Assembly: GCA_037142615.1 (NCBI GenBank)
Contig: JBAXAI010000002.1
Location: forward strand, 96,001 to 160,000
Direction of reading: 5' to 3'
Origin: Spirochaetales bacterium
Lineage (GTDB): Bacteria > Spirochaetota > Spirochaetia > JABEVK01
DNA: 64,000 nt
The notes under the pieces are model-generated. The model was given only the letters and a program-made list of their open reading frames with translations. It searched no databases and was not told where the DNA came from. Each line of letters starts with the position of its first letter. The stretch's first letter is position 1. Made by a program: the position numbers and the translations under genes. Below, one piece after another: positions 46,065-57,367 of the stretch.

Positions 46065-47270
46065 ATGCCCGTTCCCCGCTTCCACTGGGTTCTTTTCGCT
46101 GCGTCGTTCCTGCTGCAGTTGGCCTGCGGCATGGAGAACTACGCCCTGATCTTCTACGTCCGCGACCTGTTTGGCGCCGACAAGACCGCCGTGGGCTGGA
46201 TCTCGGGGGGGCTCGACCTGGCGTACCTGTTCGGCCTGTTGGCCTTTTTGCGCTGGAGGGCCCCGCACCCCCGCAAGGTCCTGTGGCTATCGACGTGGTC
46301 GATGGCCCTTACCATCGCCGTGTACCTGGTGGTCCCCAACTGGACGGTCACGTTTGTGTTCCACGCGCTGTTCGGCCTGGCCATGGCGCTGTTTTGGCCC
46401 CGCGTGATGGGCTGGCTGAGCTGGGGGGTGGAAGGGTCTTCGCTGACGCGAACCATGGGTCTGTTCAACATCAGTTGGTCGCTGGGAGCCATTTTGTCAC
46501 CGTGGCTGGGCGGGCTACTGGTCGAGCTGGGCCCGCGCTGGCCCTTTGTCGTGGCGGTGGTCTTGCTGCTGCTCACGGGCTTGCTCATGCCGATCGGCAG
46601 TCGGCTTTTTCCTGCCATGCGGGCTCCCGCCCAAGCGCCTGCCTCGGCCCATGCCGGTGGTGCTCCGGTTGGTGCTCCCCTGGACCCTTCGTCGCGTCCT
46701 TCGCCGCTGCGTTACGCAGCCCGGCTCGGCATTGGCGCCACGTACTTTCTCAGTGGTTCACTTCTGTTCATTTTTCCCGCCTGGGCGCAGGACACCCTGG
46801 GTTTTTCGGAGTCCACCTCGGGCGGGCTCTTGCTGGTACGGATGGCGGTGGCCTCGCTGGGCTTCAGCCTGTGGGGACGCTTGAGCTTTTGGCATCACAA
46901 GTTCTGGCCCTTGGCTACCGGCATGGGGCTGCTGATCGTCCTTACACTTCTGTTTCCGCTGGGAACGTCGTTGTGGGAGTTTACCTTGCTGTTCGCCGCT
47001 TCGGGTTTCCTGTTCAGCTTCTTGTACAGCACCACGCTGTTCCATGGCGTGTCGGGCAGCGTTCACCGCGAACGGTCCACAACCCTGCACGAAGCGATGA
47101 TCAACATCGGCCTGTTTCTCGGCACGGTCGCCGGCGGTTGGGTGAGCCAGACCTGGACCATGGGCACGGCGTTTGTGCTGTGCGCGGCCGTGCTGGCCGG
47201 CCTGTTGGGGTTGCAGGGACTGATGTACAAGGCTACGCTGAACCATGCTCGAAATCACGGCCCAACATAG
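46065..47270 (+). CDS. MFS transporter
   Basis: About 12 TMs in ~400 aa, starting MPVPRFHW. Contains MGLFNISWSLG..PWLGG. Confidence 0.85.
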   Translation: MPVPRFHWVLFAASFLLQLACGMENYALIFYVRDLFGADKTAVGWISGGLDLAYLFGLLAFLRWRAPHPRKVLWLSTWSMALTIAVYLVVPNWTVTFVFHALFGLAMALFWPRVMGWLSWGVEGSSLTRTMGLFNISWSLGAILSPWLGGLLVELGPRWPFVVAVVLLLLTGLLMPIGSRLFPAMRAPAQAPASAHAGGAPVGAPLDPSSRPSPLRYAARLGIGATYFLSGSLLFIFPAWAQDTLGFSESTSGGLLLVRMAVASLGFSLWGRLSFWHHKFWPLATGMGLLIVLTLLFPLGTSLWEFTLLFAASGFLFSFLYSTTLFHGVSGSVHRERSTTLHEAMINIGLFLGTVAGGWVSQTWTMGTAFVLCAAVLAGLLGLQGLMYKATLNHARNHGPT

Positions 47271-47538
47271 CAGTTCCCGAGGTTCCTTCGTCGCCACGCT
47301 GGAGGGCCAGGTCATCGGCCGTGTCGACTACGTGCGCTTGGGGACGGAAGCCGAGCCGGGCACTTTCGACCTGATCCACACGGGTGTCGAGCCGGCTCAC
47401 GAGGGCAAGGGGTATGGCCGTCAGTTGGTGCACGCCGCCGCCGAGTGGGCCGAGGCCCAGGGCCACACGCTGGTCGCCAGTTGCCCGTACGCGGCCAAGA
47501 TCCTGGAACGCAGATCGCGCGCGCCGCGCCCCGAATGA
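47245..47538 (+). CDS. Small GNAT acetyltransferase (YjdJ/Acetyltransf_CG-like)
   Basis: IHTGVEPAHEGKGYGRQLV..SCPYA. Confidence 0.88.
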   Translation: MLEITAQHSSSRGSFVATLEGQVIGRVDYVRLGTEAEPGTFDLIHTGVEPAHEGKGYGRQLVHAAAEWAEAQGHTLVASCPYAAKILERRSRAPRPE

Positions 47539-48296
47539 GCCGCGACTACACCTTCGAAGCCCTGGTGCTTCGCCGTTTTCCTGTCGGCGAAGCGCACCGC
47601 TCGGTGACGTTTCTCACCCGCGAACGGGGTCTGCTGTCGGCCATCGCCCACGGCGCCGCCAAAAGTACCGGCCGCCTCAAGCTGCTCACCACGCCCCTGC
47701 GCCACGTGCGCCTCAAGGCGTATCACGATCCTGTGGCCGACAGTTGGAAGGTGGTCGATCTCGAGGGTTTGAACCTGCTCGGCGGGCTGGGCGAGGTGCT
47801 CGAGCGAAGCGCCACCGCGAGCTTTTGGACAGAACTTCTGTTGGCCAGCTGGGAATCGGGAGGGGTGTTCGACTTGTTCGCCGAAGCCTTGAGCCTGCTC
47901 GACACCGCCCCGGCCCACACCATCACGTGGCTCGATGCCCAGGTGCTGTGGCGAGCCCTCGACACGGCGGGGCTCATGCCCGACTTTTCTCGTTGTTCGC
48001 AGTGCGGCGAACCTCTGGCCGGCCAAAGGGTGCGGCTGTCGGGCGAGTCTGGTGACCCGCTGTGTCCGGCCTGCGGGGGTGCTCGCGGCCGCACCGAGGC
48101 AGGGCTTTCGCCGCAGGCCCTCGACACCCTGCTCGCGACGCTTGTTTTTCCTCTCGGGGAGGCACTCGCGGCGCCTGCTTCAACCGACGACGCAGACCAC
48201 CTCGAGCGCGAGGGCGTCCGGGCTTGGGAGCGGGCGCTCGGGCGCTCGTTCCGCTCTTTGCGGTTGACCAGAGTTCCACCGCCGCCCCATACTTGA
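47535..48296 (+). CDS. recO: DNA repair protein RecO
   Basis: ALVLRRFPVGEAHRSVTFLTRERGLLSAIAHGA and a CxxC..CxxC zinc finger. Confidence 0.9.
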   Translation: MSRDYTFEALVLRRFPVGEAHRSVTFLTRERGLLSAIAHGAAKSTGRLKLLTTPLRHVRLKAYHDPVADSWKVVDLEGLNLLGGLGEVLERSATASFWTELLLASWESGGVFDLFAEALSLLDTAPAHTITWLDAQVLWRALDTAGLMPDFSRCSQCGEPLAGQRVRLSGESGDPLCPACGGARGRTEAGLSPQALDTLLATLVFPLGEALAAPASTDDADHLEREGVRAWERALGRSFRSLRLTRVPPPPHT

Positions 48297-48316
48297 CCGA
48301 TTGTAGGAGGTGGCTT

Positions 48317-49642
48317 ATGCGCGCTGTCGAATTGATCATGGACAAAAGATCGGGGGTCGAACTGAACGAGGCCCAGATCCGTTTCCTCGTTCAGGGCTAC
48401 ACCAAGGGCGAGATTCCCGACTACCAGATGTCGGCCTGGCTCATGGCCGTTTTTTTTCGAGGCATGACCTTCCGCGAGACCGGCTACCTCACCAGGGCAA
48501 TGATCGACAGCGGCGAAGTCCTTCCGCTCGAGGGAATTGCCGGTCCCTTGGTCGACAAGCATTCCACCGGCGGCGTCGGCGACAAGATCAGCCTGATGCT
48601 GGCCCCCTTGGCGGCCGCCTGCGGTCTGCGCGTGCCCATGATGTCGGGCCGGGCCTTGGGGCACACCGGCGGCACGCTCGACAAACTCGACGCCATCCCC
48701 GGCTTTTCGACCCGCCTGAACAACGAGCAGATCCGCCGCGCCCTGCTTGAGGTCGGGTATTTCATGACCGGGCAGAGCGAGGCTGTGGTGCCCGCCGACC
48801 GGTTGATGTACGGCCTGCGCGACGTGACGGCCACCGTTGAGTCGGTTCCGCTGATTACCGCCAGCATTTTGAGCAAAAAGTTCGCCGAAGGGGCCCAGGC
48901 GCTGCTGTTCGACGTGAAGTCGGGTCGGGGCGCGTTCATGAAGACCACCGAAGAGGCGCAGAACCTCGCCGAGAGCCTGGTGAAGACGGCGCAGAGCTTG
49001 GGCCGCAAGGCTGTGGCCCTGCTGACCAACATGGAACAACCGCTGGGTCGCATGACCGGCAACTTCCTCGAAGTCGAAGAGGCCGTGCTGTTCTTGCGGG
49101 GCGAGGGGTACGGCGGCAAACCGGCCGACGACCTGATGTCGCTCACCCTGCGGCAGGTGGCCTGGATGCTGGTCGCCGGAGGGCTCGTCAAGTCGGTGGA
49201 AGAAGGCGAGAGGCTGGCCAAGGCCCGCCTCGACGATGGTTCGGCCCTCAAACTGTGGGAAAAGAACGTGGCCTTCCAAGGTGGCGATGTCGCGGCCCTC
49301 AACGCGCAGTTGGGCAAACGCCGCGCCAAGTTTCACGCCGAGCTCCGGGCCGACCAAAACGGCTACCACGGCGGCTGGGACGCGCTGACCTGCGGGCTGG
49401 CCGCGACCGCACTCGGCGCCGGCCGCAGCACCAAGGCCGACCTTGTGTTGCCCGATGTGGGGCTCGAGTTCCACAAAAAGCAGGGCGATTCGGTGAAGAA
49501 CGGCGAAATTCTGCTCACAGTCTGGGCCGATAGTGAAGCAAAACGCGACGAAACGCTGTCTCGGTTGTCACAGGCCTGGTCCATCGTCCCCCAGCCCCCC
49601 GTGGCTGCCCCGCTTTTGATGGGAGAGGTCACCGCCCTGTGA
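48317..49642 (+). CDS. pdp: Pyrimidine-nucleoside/thymidine phosphorylase
   Basis: DKHSTGGVGDK, SGRALGHTGGTLDKL and SILSKK motifs. AGGAGG RBS. Confidence 0.95.
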   Translation: MRAVELIMDKRSGVELNEAQIRFLVQGYTKGEIPDYQMSAWLMAVFFRGMTFRETGYLTRAMIDSGEVLPLEGIAGPLVDKHSTGGVGDKISLMLAPLAAACGLRVPMMSGRALGHTGGTLDKLDAIPGFSTRLNNEQIRRALLEVGYFMTGQSEAVVPADRLMYGLRDVTATVESVPLITASILSKKFAEGAQALLFDVKSGRGAFMKTTEEAQNLAESLVKTAQSLGRKAVALLTNMEQPLGRMTGNFLEVEEAVLFLRGEGYGGKPADDLMSLTLRQVAWMLVAGGLVKSVEEGERLAKARLDDGSALKLWEKNVAFQGGDVAALNAQLGKRRAKFHAELRADQNGYHGGWDALTCGLAATALGAGRSTKADLVLPDVGLEFHKKQGDSVKNGEILLTVWADSEAKRDETLSRLSQAWSIVPQPPVAAPLLMGEVTAL

Positions 49643-51795
49643 AGAAAGGTTCCTCGATGAACAAGGCTGCGTCTATGACCTGGGTCCGCAAGGATGTTCC
49701 CGCCGAAGAAGTGCGCCAGTTGGCCCTTCGTTACGATCTCAATCTGCTCGAAGCCTCCATTTTGGCGCGTCGGGGCGTCACGCAGCCCGAAGACCTGTTG
49801 TTCTACCTCGAGGACGACCTTCGCTTTGTGCCCAACCCCTTCCTGTTTCAGAACATGGAAGACGTCGTCGACCGTCTGAACGGCGCGCTCGACGATGAAG
49901 AATCCGTGCTGGTGTTTGGCGACCGCGACGCCGACGGCATCACGAGCACGGTTCTGCTGGTCGAGGCCTTCACCGAGCTCGGGCTCAAGGTCAGCTGGAA
50001 GGTGCCTCAGGGCGACGAGGCCTACGGACTCACGCTCGCGGCTGTCGAGGAGTTTGCCGAGGCCGGCGGCGGGCTGATTGTCACCGTCGACTGTGGCATT
50101 TCCAACTTCAAGGAAGTGGCGCGTGCCAACGATTTGGGCGTCGATGTGCTGATTCTGGACCACCACGTGGCCCCCGGCGAGCTGCCCGACGCGCTGGCCA
50201 TCGTCAACCCCAAGGTGCCCGGCGAAACCTACCCGTTTGCCACCATGGCCGCCTGCGCAGTGGCCAGCAAGGTCATCTGGGCGCTGCGGTTCGCGCAAAC
50301 GCCGCTGTACAACCAGCGCATGTGCGTGCTGCATTGCCACCAGGAAGAAGAAGGCCTGCACGTCGAGGCCGTTCGCCTGGTCAACCTGACCGAGCGCCGA
50401 CGGCTCCGGCTCGTGTTCAACGACAAGAGCGGCACCAGCGACCTTCAGGCGCTGGTCGATTTTCTGCAAGACCAGGAAATTTTCGTGTACGACGAAAGGG
50501 CCCAGACCAAGCTGCTGCGCCAGCTTTTCGGCCCAGGTGTCGAGATCGGCCTGTTCGACCTGGCCCCCGAGATCCGCAAGGCCTTCCCCAGCCTCGCGGG
50601 CCTCGACTTCCGCACCGTCAAGGCCAAGAGCCGCCTGCCGCGCTACCTTACCGGCGCTGGCGACCTCGATATCCTGGTGAGCCTGTTCACCAGCAGCGTG
50701 TACAAGGCCTACCCCAGTCTGGGGGCCGACTTCACGCCGCTGCTCGATCTGGTGGCGCTCGGCACGCTGGCCGACCTGATGCCGCTGGCTGGCGAAAACC
50801 GGATTTTGGTCAAGTTGGGCATGCAGGCGCTGCACACCACGCGCCGCGAAGGGTTGCGGGTGCTCCTGCTCAAGCTCAAACTGCTGGGCAAGCCGCTGAC
50901 GACCACCGATGTCAGTTGGCAGTTCATTCCGACCCTCAACGCGGCCGGTCGGCTGGGAGCCCCCGAAAAGGCCGTCGAACTGCTGCTGACCACCGATGCC
51001 GCCCGCCGCCGGGTGTTGGCCGACGAGCTCGATTCCCTCAACCAGCAGCGAAAGCAGATGAGCCAGGACGCCTGGGAGCTCGTGTTGCCCCTGGCGCGCA
51101 CCTCGCTCGAAGCCCTCGGCGGTTCGCTGGTGCTGGTCATGTCGCCCGAGATTCCCCGGGGCATCACCGGCCTCGTGGCCTCGCGTCTGGTGAGCGGTTT
51201 TGGCGTCACGTCGGTGGTGATCAGCCGGCAGGACGACCGGTACATCGGTTCGCTGCGCGCCAAAAGCGGGTTCGAGACACGCCGGTTCCTCGACAGTTTT
51301 TCGGACATTTTCACCGACTACGGCGGCCACGACCAGGCGGCCGGCTTCAACCTGCCCCTCGAAAAGTTCCCGGCCTTCGAAAAGCGGGTCAAGGAAATCT
51401 TGCCCGGCTTTTCCGTGAGCGGCGTGAGCGAACAAACCCTCGACATCGACGCGGAATTGCCGCTGGCCTTCTTCACTCCCGACCTCATCCAGACCGTCGA
51501 CAAGCTCGAGCCCTATGGCGAGGGGCATCGACCCCTGGTGTTTGTGGCCCGCGGCCTGGGCATCATCGCGCTCGACCTGGTGGGTAAGCTGGGGGCGCAG
51601 CACGTCAAGATGACCCTCGACGCCGGCGCCACCAAGTGGCCGGCCATCTTCTTCCACGCGCTCGACCGGCTGGAAGCGGGCGAGTTTCACTTGGGCGACA
51701 AGGTCGACGCGGCCTTTCACCTGAACCGCAACCTGTTTCAGGGCCAGGAGAAGCTTCAGCTCACCTTGCTCGACCTGCAGCGGAGCAAGGCTTGA
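49639..51795 (+). CDS. recJ: ssDNA-specific exonuclease RecJ with an internal insertion
   Basis: GDRDADG, TVDCG, LDHH, LNAAGRLG and GGHDQAAG motifs. Start could alternatively be 49657 or 49675. Confidence 0.93.
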   Translation: MKKGSSMNKAASMTWVRKDVPAEEVRQLALRYDLNLLEASILARRGVTQPEDLLFYLEDDLRFVPNPFLFQNMEDVVDRLNGALDDEESVLVFGDRDADGITSTVLLVEAFTELGLKVSWKVPQGDEAYGLTLAAVEEFAEAGGGLIVTVDCGISNFKEVARANDLGVDVLILDHHVAPGELPDALAIVNPKVPGETYPFATMAACAVASKVIWALRFAQTPLYNQRMCVLHCHQEEEGLHVEAVRLVNLTERRRLRLVFNDKSGTSDLQALVDFLQDQEIFVYDERAQTKLLRQLFGPGVEIGLFDLAPEIRKAFPSLAGLDFRTVKAKSRLPRYLTGAGDLDILVSLFTSSVYKAYPSLGADFTPLLDLVALGTLADLMPLAGENRILVKLGMQALHTTRREGLRVLLLKLKLLGKPLTTTDVSWQFIPTLNAAGRLGAPEKAVELLLTTDAARRRVLADELDSLNQQRKQMSQDAWELVLPLARTSLEALGGSLVLVMSPEIPRGITGLVASRLVSGFGVTSVVISRQDDRYIGSLRAKSGFETRRFLDSFSDIFTDYGGHDQAAGFNLPLEKFPAFEKRVKEILPGFSVSGVSEQTLDIDAELPLAFFTPDLIQTVDKLEPYGEGHRPLVFVARGLGIIALDLVGKLGAQHVKMTLDAGATKWPAIFFHALDRLEAGEFHLGDKVDAAFHLNRNLFQGQEKLQLTLLDLQRSKA

Positions 51796-52769
51796 CCTTA
51801 GGGCCAGTCCCGGGCCCGCGCCCCCTTGGGTTGCTGGTCGTCTTGCTGCTGCTGAGTTCGCCGCTGTCGGCCGTGATCCGCACCTTTGTACCGGTCAGCC
51901 TCAAGCCGGGTGCTCTCAACGAGGTGTACGGCTGGGACTCCGCCTTGCCCTCGTTCCAGGTCGAGCTTTCGCGCTCCGGCAAGGTGCTCGCCTCGGCAAA
52001 GTCCTTCGCCTGGCCTCACGACGTACTTTCGCCAGCAGGTCTGCCCCTCCGGGTGGCAGCCGCGTTCGTGGCCTTCGACGTGCTCACCAAGCCCGGAACG
52101 GCGCTCGTGCGCATTCTGGACGCCAAAGGCCGTGAGACCTCGCGGCAAAGCGTCGAAATCGCGGCCCGGAGGTTGCCCGAAGAAAAGATTCCGCTCACCA
52201 AGTCGATGTCGGAACTCCGCTCGGTCCCCGATCCGCGCAAAGACCGCGAGGCGCAGCAGATCTGGGGCGTGTACCTGACCATCGTCCCCGGCAACCTGTG
52301 GACAAGTGGCCGTTTTTTGCTGCCGGTTCGCGAAATCCCGTTTTCGGCGGCTTTTGGCGACGTGCGCACCTATGAGTACACCGACGGCACCTCGGCCTCG
52401 GACTACCACCGGGGCACCGATTTCGCGGCCCCGGTGGGCACACCCGTGCAGGCCCCGGCCGGTGGAAAGGTCGCGCTGTCGGCCGATCGGATGCTCACCG
52501 GCGGCACCCTCGTGGTGGAACACGCCCCCGGACTCTACTCGGTGTACTTTCACCTCAGCCAGCGGCTGGTCAAGACCGGCGACCAGGTGACCCCGGGCCA
52601 ACGCATCGCCCTCAGCGGCAAGACCGGGCTGGTGACGGGTCCCCACCTGCACTGGGAGGTGCGTTACAACGGGATTCCCGTCGATGCGCTCGATCTGGTG
52701 AACGACGGTCTGCTTGACACGGATCGCATCGCCGGGCTAATTTCTTCCATCGAACGAAAAAGGGGGTGA
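51792..52769 (+). CDS. M23 family metallopeptidase
   Basis: Signal-like hydrophobic N-terminus. HRGTD, YFHL and TGPHLHWEV motifs. Start (TTG) uncertain. Confidence 0.88.
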   Translation: MTLGPVPGPRPLGLLVVLLLLSSPLSAVIRTFVPVSLKPGALNEVYGWDSALPSFQVELSRSGKVLASAKSFAWPHDVLSPAGLPLRVAAAFVAFDVLTKPGTALVRILDAKGRETSRQSVEIAARRLPEEKIPLTKSMSELRSVPDPRKDREAQQIWGVYLTIVPGNLWTSGRFLLPVREIPFSAAFGDVRTYEYTDGTSASDYHRGTDFAAPVGTPVQAPAGGKVALSADRMLTGGTLVVEHAPGLYSVYFHLSQRLVKTGDQVTPGQRIALSGKTGLVTGPHLHWEVRYNGIPVDALDLVNDGLLDTDRIAGLISSIERKRG

Positions 52770-52984
52770 TTACTATCGCCGTCATCCAGTTGGACGACAA
52801 CGAAGCCTTGGAAAAAGCCATCAAGCGCTTCAAACGCATCGTCGAAAAAGAAGGCATTATCCGCGAATGGAAGAAACGTGAGTTCTTCGAAAAGCCTTCT
52901 ACCATCAACAACCGTAAAAAGAAGGCCCTTCAGCGCAAGCAGTTGAAGAAGCTTCGCAAGGTGCAAACCAGCACCAGGGGTTAA
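52766..52984 (+). CDS. rpsU: 30S ribosomal protein S21
   Basis: [20 protein letters not shown]. Confidence 0.95.
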   Translation: MITIAVIQLDDNEALEKAIKRFKRIVEKEGIIREWKKREFFEKPSTINNRKKKALQRKQLKKLRKVQTSTRG

Positions 52985-52990
52985 GAAACG

Positions 52991-53019
52991 GGTCGTCCAC
53001 CAGGACGGCCTTTTTTTTT
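52991..53019 (+). terminator. Rho-independent terminator after rpsU
   Basis: GGTCGTCC-ACCA-GGACGGCC followed by T9. Confidence 0.85.
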
Positions 53020-53073
53020 CCCGTTTCCGCCGCCTTTCGGTCGATACTATGTAGAAAATGTGAGGAGTGCCGG

Positions 53074-53478
53074 ATGTATCGAACCCACCGCTTGTCGCTG
53101 ACTCTCGTCCTGTATACGGCCTGTTGCCTGCTCGTGGCTTTTCCACTGGCGGCTCAAGAGGTGAAGCCGGCCCCCCTGAGCGATTACGAGACCCTGGCGC
53201 TGGCGCTCAAGAACGGCACGGTCAAGAACCTGCTGGTTGTCGATATCCGCTCGCGGGAACTGTACAAGCAGGGCCACATTCCCAAAGCCATCAACCTCCC
53301 TCTCGACGAACTGTGGGACAAAGTCCCCGGCAAGGCCGGCATTCAGCCGGTTCTGGTGGTCTACGGCAAACCGGCCAGCTCAGACGTCCGCAAGGCGGTC
53401 GATATCCTGCTCAGCAACGGGTTCACCAACGTGATTGCGTTCGGCTCTATCTCTCTCTGGAAAGGACCTCTCGAGTGA
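53074..53478 (+). CDS. Exported rhodanese-like domain protein (catalytic Cys apparently absent)
   Basis: Signal peptide, VVDIRSRELYKQGHIPKAINLP, and VVYG where VxYC is usual. Confidence 0.8.
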   Translation: MYRTHRLSLTLVLYTACCLLVAFPLAAQEVKPAPLSDYETLALALKNGTVKNLLVVDIRSRELYKQGHIPKAINLPLDELWDKVPGKAGIQPVLVVYGKPASSDVRKAVDILLSNGFTNVIAFGSISLWKGPLE

Positions 53479-56411
53479 AGTTTCCCTCTAGCTACGAACT
53501 CCTCCAAACCGACGACCTGCCGGAATTCCGCTGCCAGGGCACGTTGTACCGCCACAAGAAGACCGGGGCCCGGGTGTATCATTTGGCGGCCGCCGACCGC
53601 GAAAACCTGGTGGCGTTTGTGTTCCCCACACCCCCCGGCGACAGCACGGGCGTGGCCCATATTCTGGAGCATTCGGTGCTGTGCGGGAGCAAACGTTACC
53701 CCACCAAGGATCCCTTCCTTTATCTGTACAAAAGCAGTCTCAACACCTTTCTCAACGCCATGACCTACCCCGACAAGACGGTGTACCCCGTGGCCAGCAC
53801 CGTGTCCAAGGACTTCACCAACCTGCTGCAGGTGTACGCCGACGCGGTGTACTTTCCGCTGCTGAAGCCCGAAGTGTTCGCCCAGGAGGGCCACAGGCTC
53901 GAGTGGAACGACGAGGGAGGCCTCGTTCGCAGCGGTGTGGTCTTCAACGAGATGAAGGGCAACTACTCGAGTTCCGACAACGTGATTGGAGACCTCGTGC
54001 AACAGGCCGTTTTTGACCAGGGCCCGTATTCTCACGACTCGGGTGGCAACCCCAAACACATCCCCGAGCTTACCTACGAGCAGTTTCTGGCCTTTCACCG
54101 CACCAACTACCACCCGTCGCGCGGGCTTGTGTTCCTCTACGGTGACCAGCCTGCGGCGCCTTCGCTGCGCCTGCTCGACAAGCATTGGTTCCGGGCCTTT
54201 TCGGCAGCCCCGGCAGCCCCACCGATTTTGCCCCAGCCCCGCTGGACCGAGGCGAAATCGGTGCGCGGTACCTACCCGGCTGCGAAGGAAGAAGAGGCCG
54301 ATCCCGGGACTCTGGCGCTGACTTGGCTGTGCGCCGACGCCACCGAACCCGAACGCATCCTCGAGCTCGATATTCTGTCGGAAGTGCTGATGGGCGATGC
54401 GGGCCTGTTGCAGAAGGCGCTCGTTGAGTCGGGGCTCGGCCAGGATCTGTCGCCGGTGAGTGGCTTGCAGACTGAACTGCGAGACATCGGGCTGACGGTG
54501 GCCCTGCGAGGCGCGCCGGAGTCGAACGCAGGGGCCTTCGAGGCGCTGGTGTGGCGCGAGCTGAAAGCTCTGGCCGCCGGGATCCCCAAGGACCTCATCG
54601 AGAGCGTAATTTCGAGCTACGAGTTTGGCATGCGCGAAATCAAGGGCAGCGGGATGGGCTTGCGCTTTTTGTCGCGCCTGGCCCGGGGCTGGCTGCACGG
54701 CCAGGACATCGGCGACAGCCTTCGGTTCCAGTTCCGCATGGATGCGCTCAAAGCTCGGCTGGCTGCCGGGGAGCCGGTGCTCGAGAACCTGATCCGCACC
54801 GCCCTGCTCGACAATCCGCACCGGGCCCTGGTGGTCTGCGTTCCCGACGCCGAGCTGCAAACCCGCGACGAGGAACAGGCCCAGGAAGAGCTCGGGCGGT
54901 TGCGCATCGCGCTGTCGGCCACTGACATCGAGGCCCTCAAACGGCGACAACAGGAACTGAAGGACTTTCAGGAACTGCCCGATGCCCCCTCGGCCATCCG
55001 CAAGCTTCCCGAGCTCAAATTGTCGGACATTCCGTCGCAGGTCGACCGGGTGGCCCTCGACTGGCGCAGTCTGGGCACCGGAAGCGCTGGCCTTCCGCAG
55101 GTGGGCCTTCACCGGGCGTTCACCAACGGCGTGCTGTACCTCGATCTGTCCTTTGATCTCGGCGGCCTTTCGGAGTCCGAAACCTTGCTCCTGCCGTTGT
55201 TCCAGCGGTCACTGGAGGGTCTGGGCCTCCGGGATCTGTCGTACGACCTGCTGGCCCGCGAGCTGGCTTCGGTCACCGGCGGGCTGTACTTCCGCAGCAA
55301 CACCGACACCGCGTTGGGCACTCGCCAACTGGTGTCACGCTTCTACGTGCGGTTGCGCATGCTCGAAGCTCGCCGCGACCAGGCGCTGGCCTTGCTGCGG
55401 CGGGTGCTGACCGAAACCGCTTGGAGTCACGGGGCACGGTTCCGCGAGCTGGTCGAAGAAATGCGCAACGATTATCAGGGGGCTCTGGTGCCCCGAGGCC
55501 ACGCCTACGCCGCCACGCGGAGCGCTCAGGGTTTCAGCCCCGCCGGCCGGGTGTCGGAGCTCACCAACGGCCTGACCCAGATGGAACACCTGGTGGCACT
55601 CGGCAACGCCAGCGACGACGAGCTCAAGCTCGTGCTCGGCCGTTTGGCCGCCCTGGCCCGCCGCGTGTTCCGCAGTCCCGCGCTCGAAGCGGTGGTCACC
55701 GGCGACGGCGGTGCGCTCGAACCGCTGGTCGTGGAAACCCAGGGGTTGCTCGCCTTCCTCGATGCGCAGCCGCTCGTGGCGTCACCGGGCGCGACTTCTG
55801 ATGCCTTGCTGACCGCCGCTGGGTCGGGGAGCTCGCCCATCATCAAGGTCATCCCCGCCACCGTGGGTTTTGTGGCCCACACCGTGACCGGGAGCCTGAG
55901 CAGCGACCCGTGGCACGCGGCCGACCTGGTGTTGTCGCACCACCTGCGCACAGGGTTCCTGTGGGAAGAGATCCGCATGAAGGGCGGCGCGTACGGGGCC
56001 TTTGCCAGCCCCAACGGCCTGGAAGGCGTGATGACCTTTGCCACCTACCGCGATCCGGGTCTGCTCAACAGCCTTGCGGCTTTCCGCGCGGGCCTGGAGT
56101 CGCTCACCACGCCACTGCCCGGCGCCGAGCTGAAGAACACCATCATTGGCACCGTCAGCAACGACCTGACCCCGCGCTCGCCCGCCGAAGAGGCATTCCT
56201 CGCGTTGCAGCGCCGTCAGTTGGGCATTACCGACGCCATGCGCCAAACCAAGCGTGAGGCGCTGCTCGGCCTCAAGGCCACAGACGTCACCAGGGCCTCG
56301 GCGCGCCTGCTCGAAGGGTTTGACCGTGGAACGACCTACATCCTGACGGGACGCAAGATCGCCGACGAGGCCGTGGCCAAGGAGCCCGGGCGCTTCACGC
56401 TCGAAGAATAG
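53475..56411 (+). CDS. Insulinase family metallopeptidase (M16C, presequence protease-like)
   Basis: GTGA overlap. HILEH zinc motif, [14 protein letters not shown] and IRMKGGAYG. Confidence 0.92.
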   Translation: MKFPSSYELLQTDDLPEFRCQGTLYRHKKTGARVYHLAAADRENLVAFVFPTPPGDSTGVAHILEHSVLCGSKRYPTKDPFLYLYKSSLNTFLNAMTYPDKTVYPVASTVSKDFTNLLQVYADAVYFPLLKPEVFAQEGHRLEWNDEGGLVRSGVVFNEMKGNYSSSDNVIGDLVQQAVFDQGPYSHDSGGNPKHIPELTYEQFLAFHRTNYHPSRGLVFLYGDQPAAPSLRLLDKHWFRAFSAAPAAPPILPQPRWTEAKSVRGTYPAAKEEEADPGTLALTWLCADATEPERILELDILSEVLMGDAGLLQKALVESGLGQDLSPVSGLQTELRDIGLTVALRGAPESNAGAFEALVWRELKALAAGIPKDLIESVISSYEFGMREIKGSGMGLRFLSRLARGWLHGQDIGDSLRFQFRMDALKARLAAGEPVLENLIRTALLDNPHRALVVCVPDAELQTRDEEQAQEELGRLRIALSATDIEALKRRQQELKDFQELPDAPSAIRKLPELKLSDIPSQVDRVALDWRSLGTGSAGLPQVGLHRAFTNGVLYLDLSFDLGGLSESETLLLPLFQRSLEGLGLRDLSYDLLARELASVTGGLYFRSNTDTALGTRQLVSRFYVRLRMLEARRDQALALLRRVLTETAWSHGARFRELVEEMRNDYQGALVPRGHAYAATRSAQGFSPAGRVSELTNGLTQMEHLVALGNASDDELKLVLGRLAALARRVFRSPALEAVVTGDGGALEPLVVETQGLLAFLDAQPLVASPGATSDALLTAAGSGSSPIIKVIPATVGFVAHTVTGSLSSDPWHAADLVLSHHLRTGFLWEEIRMKGGAYGAFASPNGLEGVMTFATYRDPGLLNSLAAFRAGLESLTTPLPGAELKNTIIGTVSNDLTPRSPAEEAFLALQRRQLGITDAMRQTKREALLGLKATDVTRASARLLEGFDRGTTYILTGRKIADEAVAKEPGRFTLEE

Positions 56412-56428
56412 CCTTCACGCCGCACCGC

Positions 56429-56461
56429 TTGACAGTCTATCAATGTGATATCATATTGATA
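56429..56461 (+). promoter_or_regulatory. sigma70 promoter overlapped by a 24-bp palindromic operator
   Basis: TTGACA (56429-34), 17 nt, CATATT. TATCAATGTGATATCATATTGATA (56438-61) is an inverted repeat with one mismatched pair. Confidence 0.7.
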
Positions 56462-56476
56462 CCAGAGAGGTGTAAC

Positions 56477-57367
56477 ATGAACTCCATACTTGAGAAGAAG
56501 GCCTGGGCCATCAACGGCCTGCTGGTGCTGATCGTCACGCTTTTGGCGGCGGCAGGCTTTGCCACGGCCCTGGTCAACGTGATCCAGCTGGACGGGGTCG
56601 AAGGGGCCAACCTGGCTCCGTGGATGGTCTTGCTGTTTGGCAGCATTTTGGGTTTCGCTGCCACGGTCCCCGGCTACTTTGTCAATGCACCCAACGAAGC
56701 CAAGGTACTGACCGTGTTCGGCGCCTACACCGGGACCGTCACGCTCGGCGGTTTCTGGTGGGCCAACCCCTTTGCCTTGAAGAAGCGGATCTCGCTCAGG
56801 CTGCGCAACTTCTCGAGCGAGCAGATCAAGGTCAACGACCTGCACGGCAACCCCATCGAAATTGCTGCCGTGGTCGTCTGGCAGGTCACCGACACCGCCA
56901 AGGCCAGCTACGACGTCGAAAACTACGAGCAGTTCGTCACGGTACAGAGCGAAACGGCACTGCGGGCGTTGGCTTCGGAATATCCCTACGACGGGCAGGA
57001 TGAAGAACGGTCCTCACTGCGGGCCAACCCGACCGAGGTGGCGGGCGTCTTGCAGACGCAGTTGCAGGCCAGGCTCGATGTCGCCGGCGTGACGGTGCTC
57101 GAAGCGAGGCTCACCCACCTGGCCTACGCCCAGGAAATCGCGCACGCCATGCTGCGCCGCCAACAGGCCCGAGCCGTGATCGGGGCCAAACAACTCATCG
57201 TTGACGGGGCCGTCGGCATGGTGGAAGGGGCTCTGAAAGCCCTGAGCGAGCGCAACATCGTTACCCTCGACGACGAGCGCAAAGCCGTCATGGTGAACAA
57301 CTTGCTGGTCGCGCTCGTGTCCGACAAAGACACCCAGCCGGTGCTCAACACCGGGTCTCTTTACTGA
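56477..57367 (+). CDS. SPFH domain-containing membrane protein
   Basis: Two TMs. [43 protein letters not shown] and PVLNTGSLY. Confidence 0.9.
   Translation: MNSILEKKAWAINGLLVLIVTLLAAAGFATALVNVIQLDGVEGANLAPWMVLLFGSILGFAATVPGYFVNAPNEAKVLTVFGAYTGTVTLGGFWWANPFALKKRISLRLRNFSSEQIKVNDLHGNPIEIAAVVVWQVTDTAKASYDVENYEQFVTVQSETALRALASEYPYDGQDEERSSLRANPTEVAGVLQTQLQARLDVAGVTVLEARLTHLAYAQEIAHAMLRRQQARAVIGAKQLIVDGAVGMVEGALKALSERNIVTLDDERKAVMVNNLLVALVSDKDTQPVLNTGSLY

Noticed and set aside
43442-51720. Long antisense or alternate-frame ORFs (e.g. 43442-45031+, 45092-47374+, 47723-49474-, 49363-51720-), and similar ones such as 14770-16242+, 19758-21224- and 53361-55112-
   Set aside because: They shadow well-supported genes (lon, pdp, recJ etc.), lack motifs, and are expected from high GC3 codon bias.
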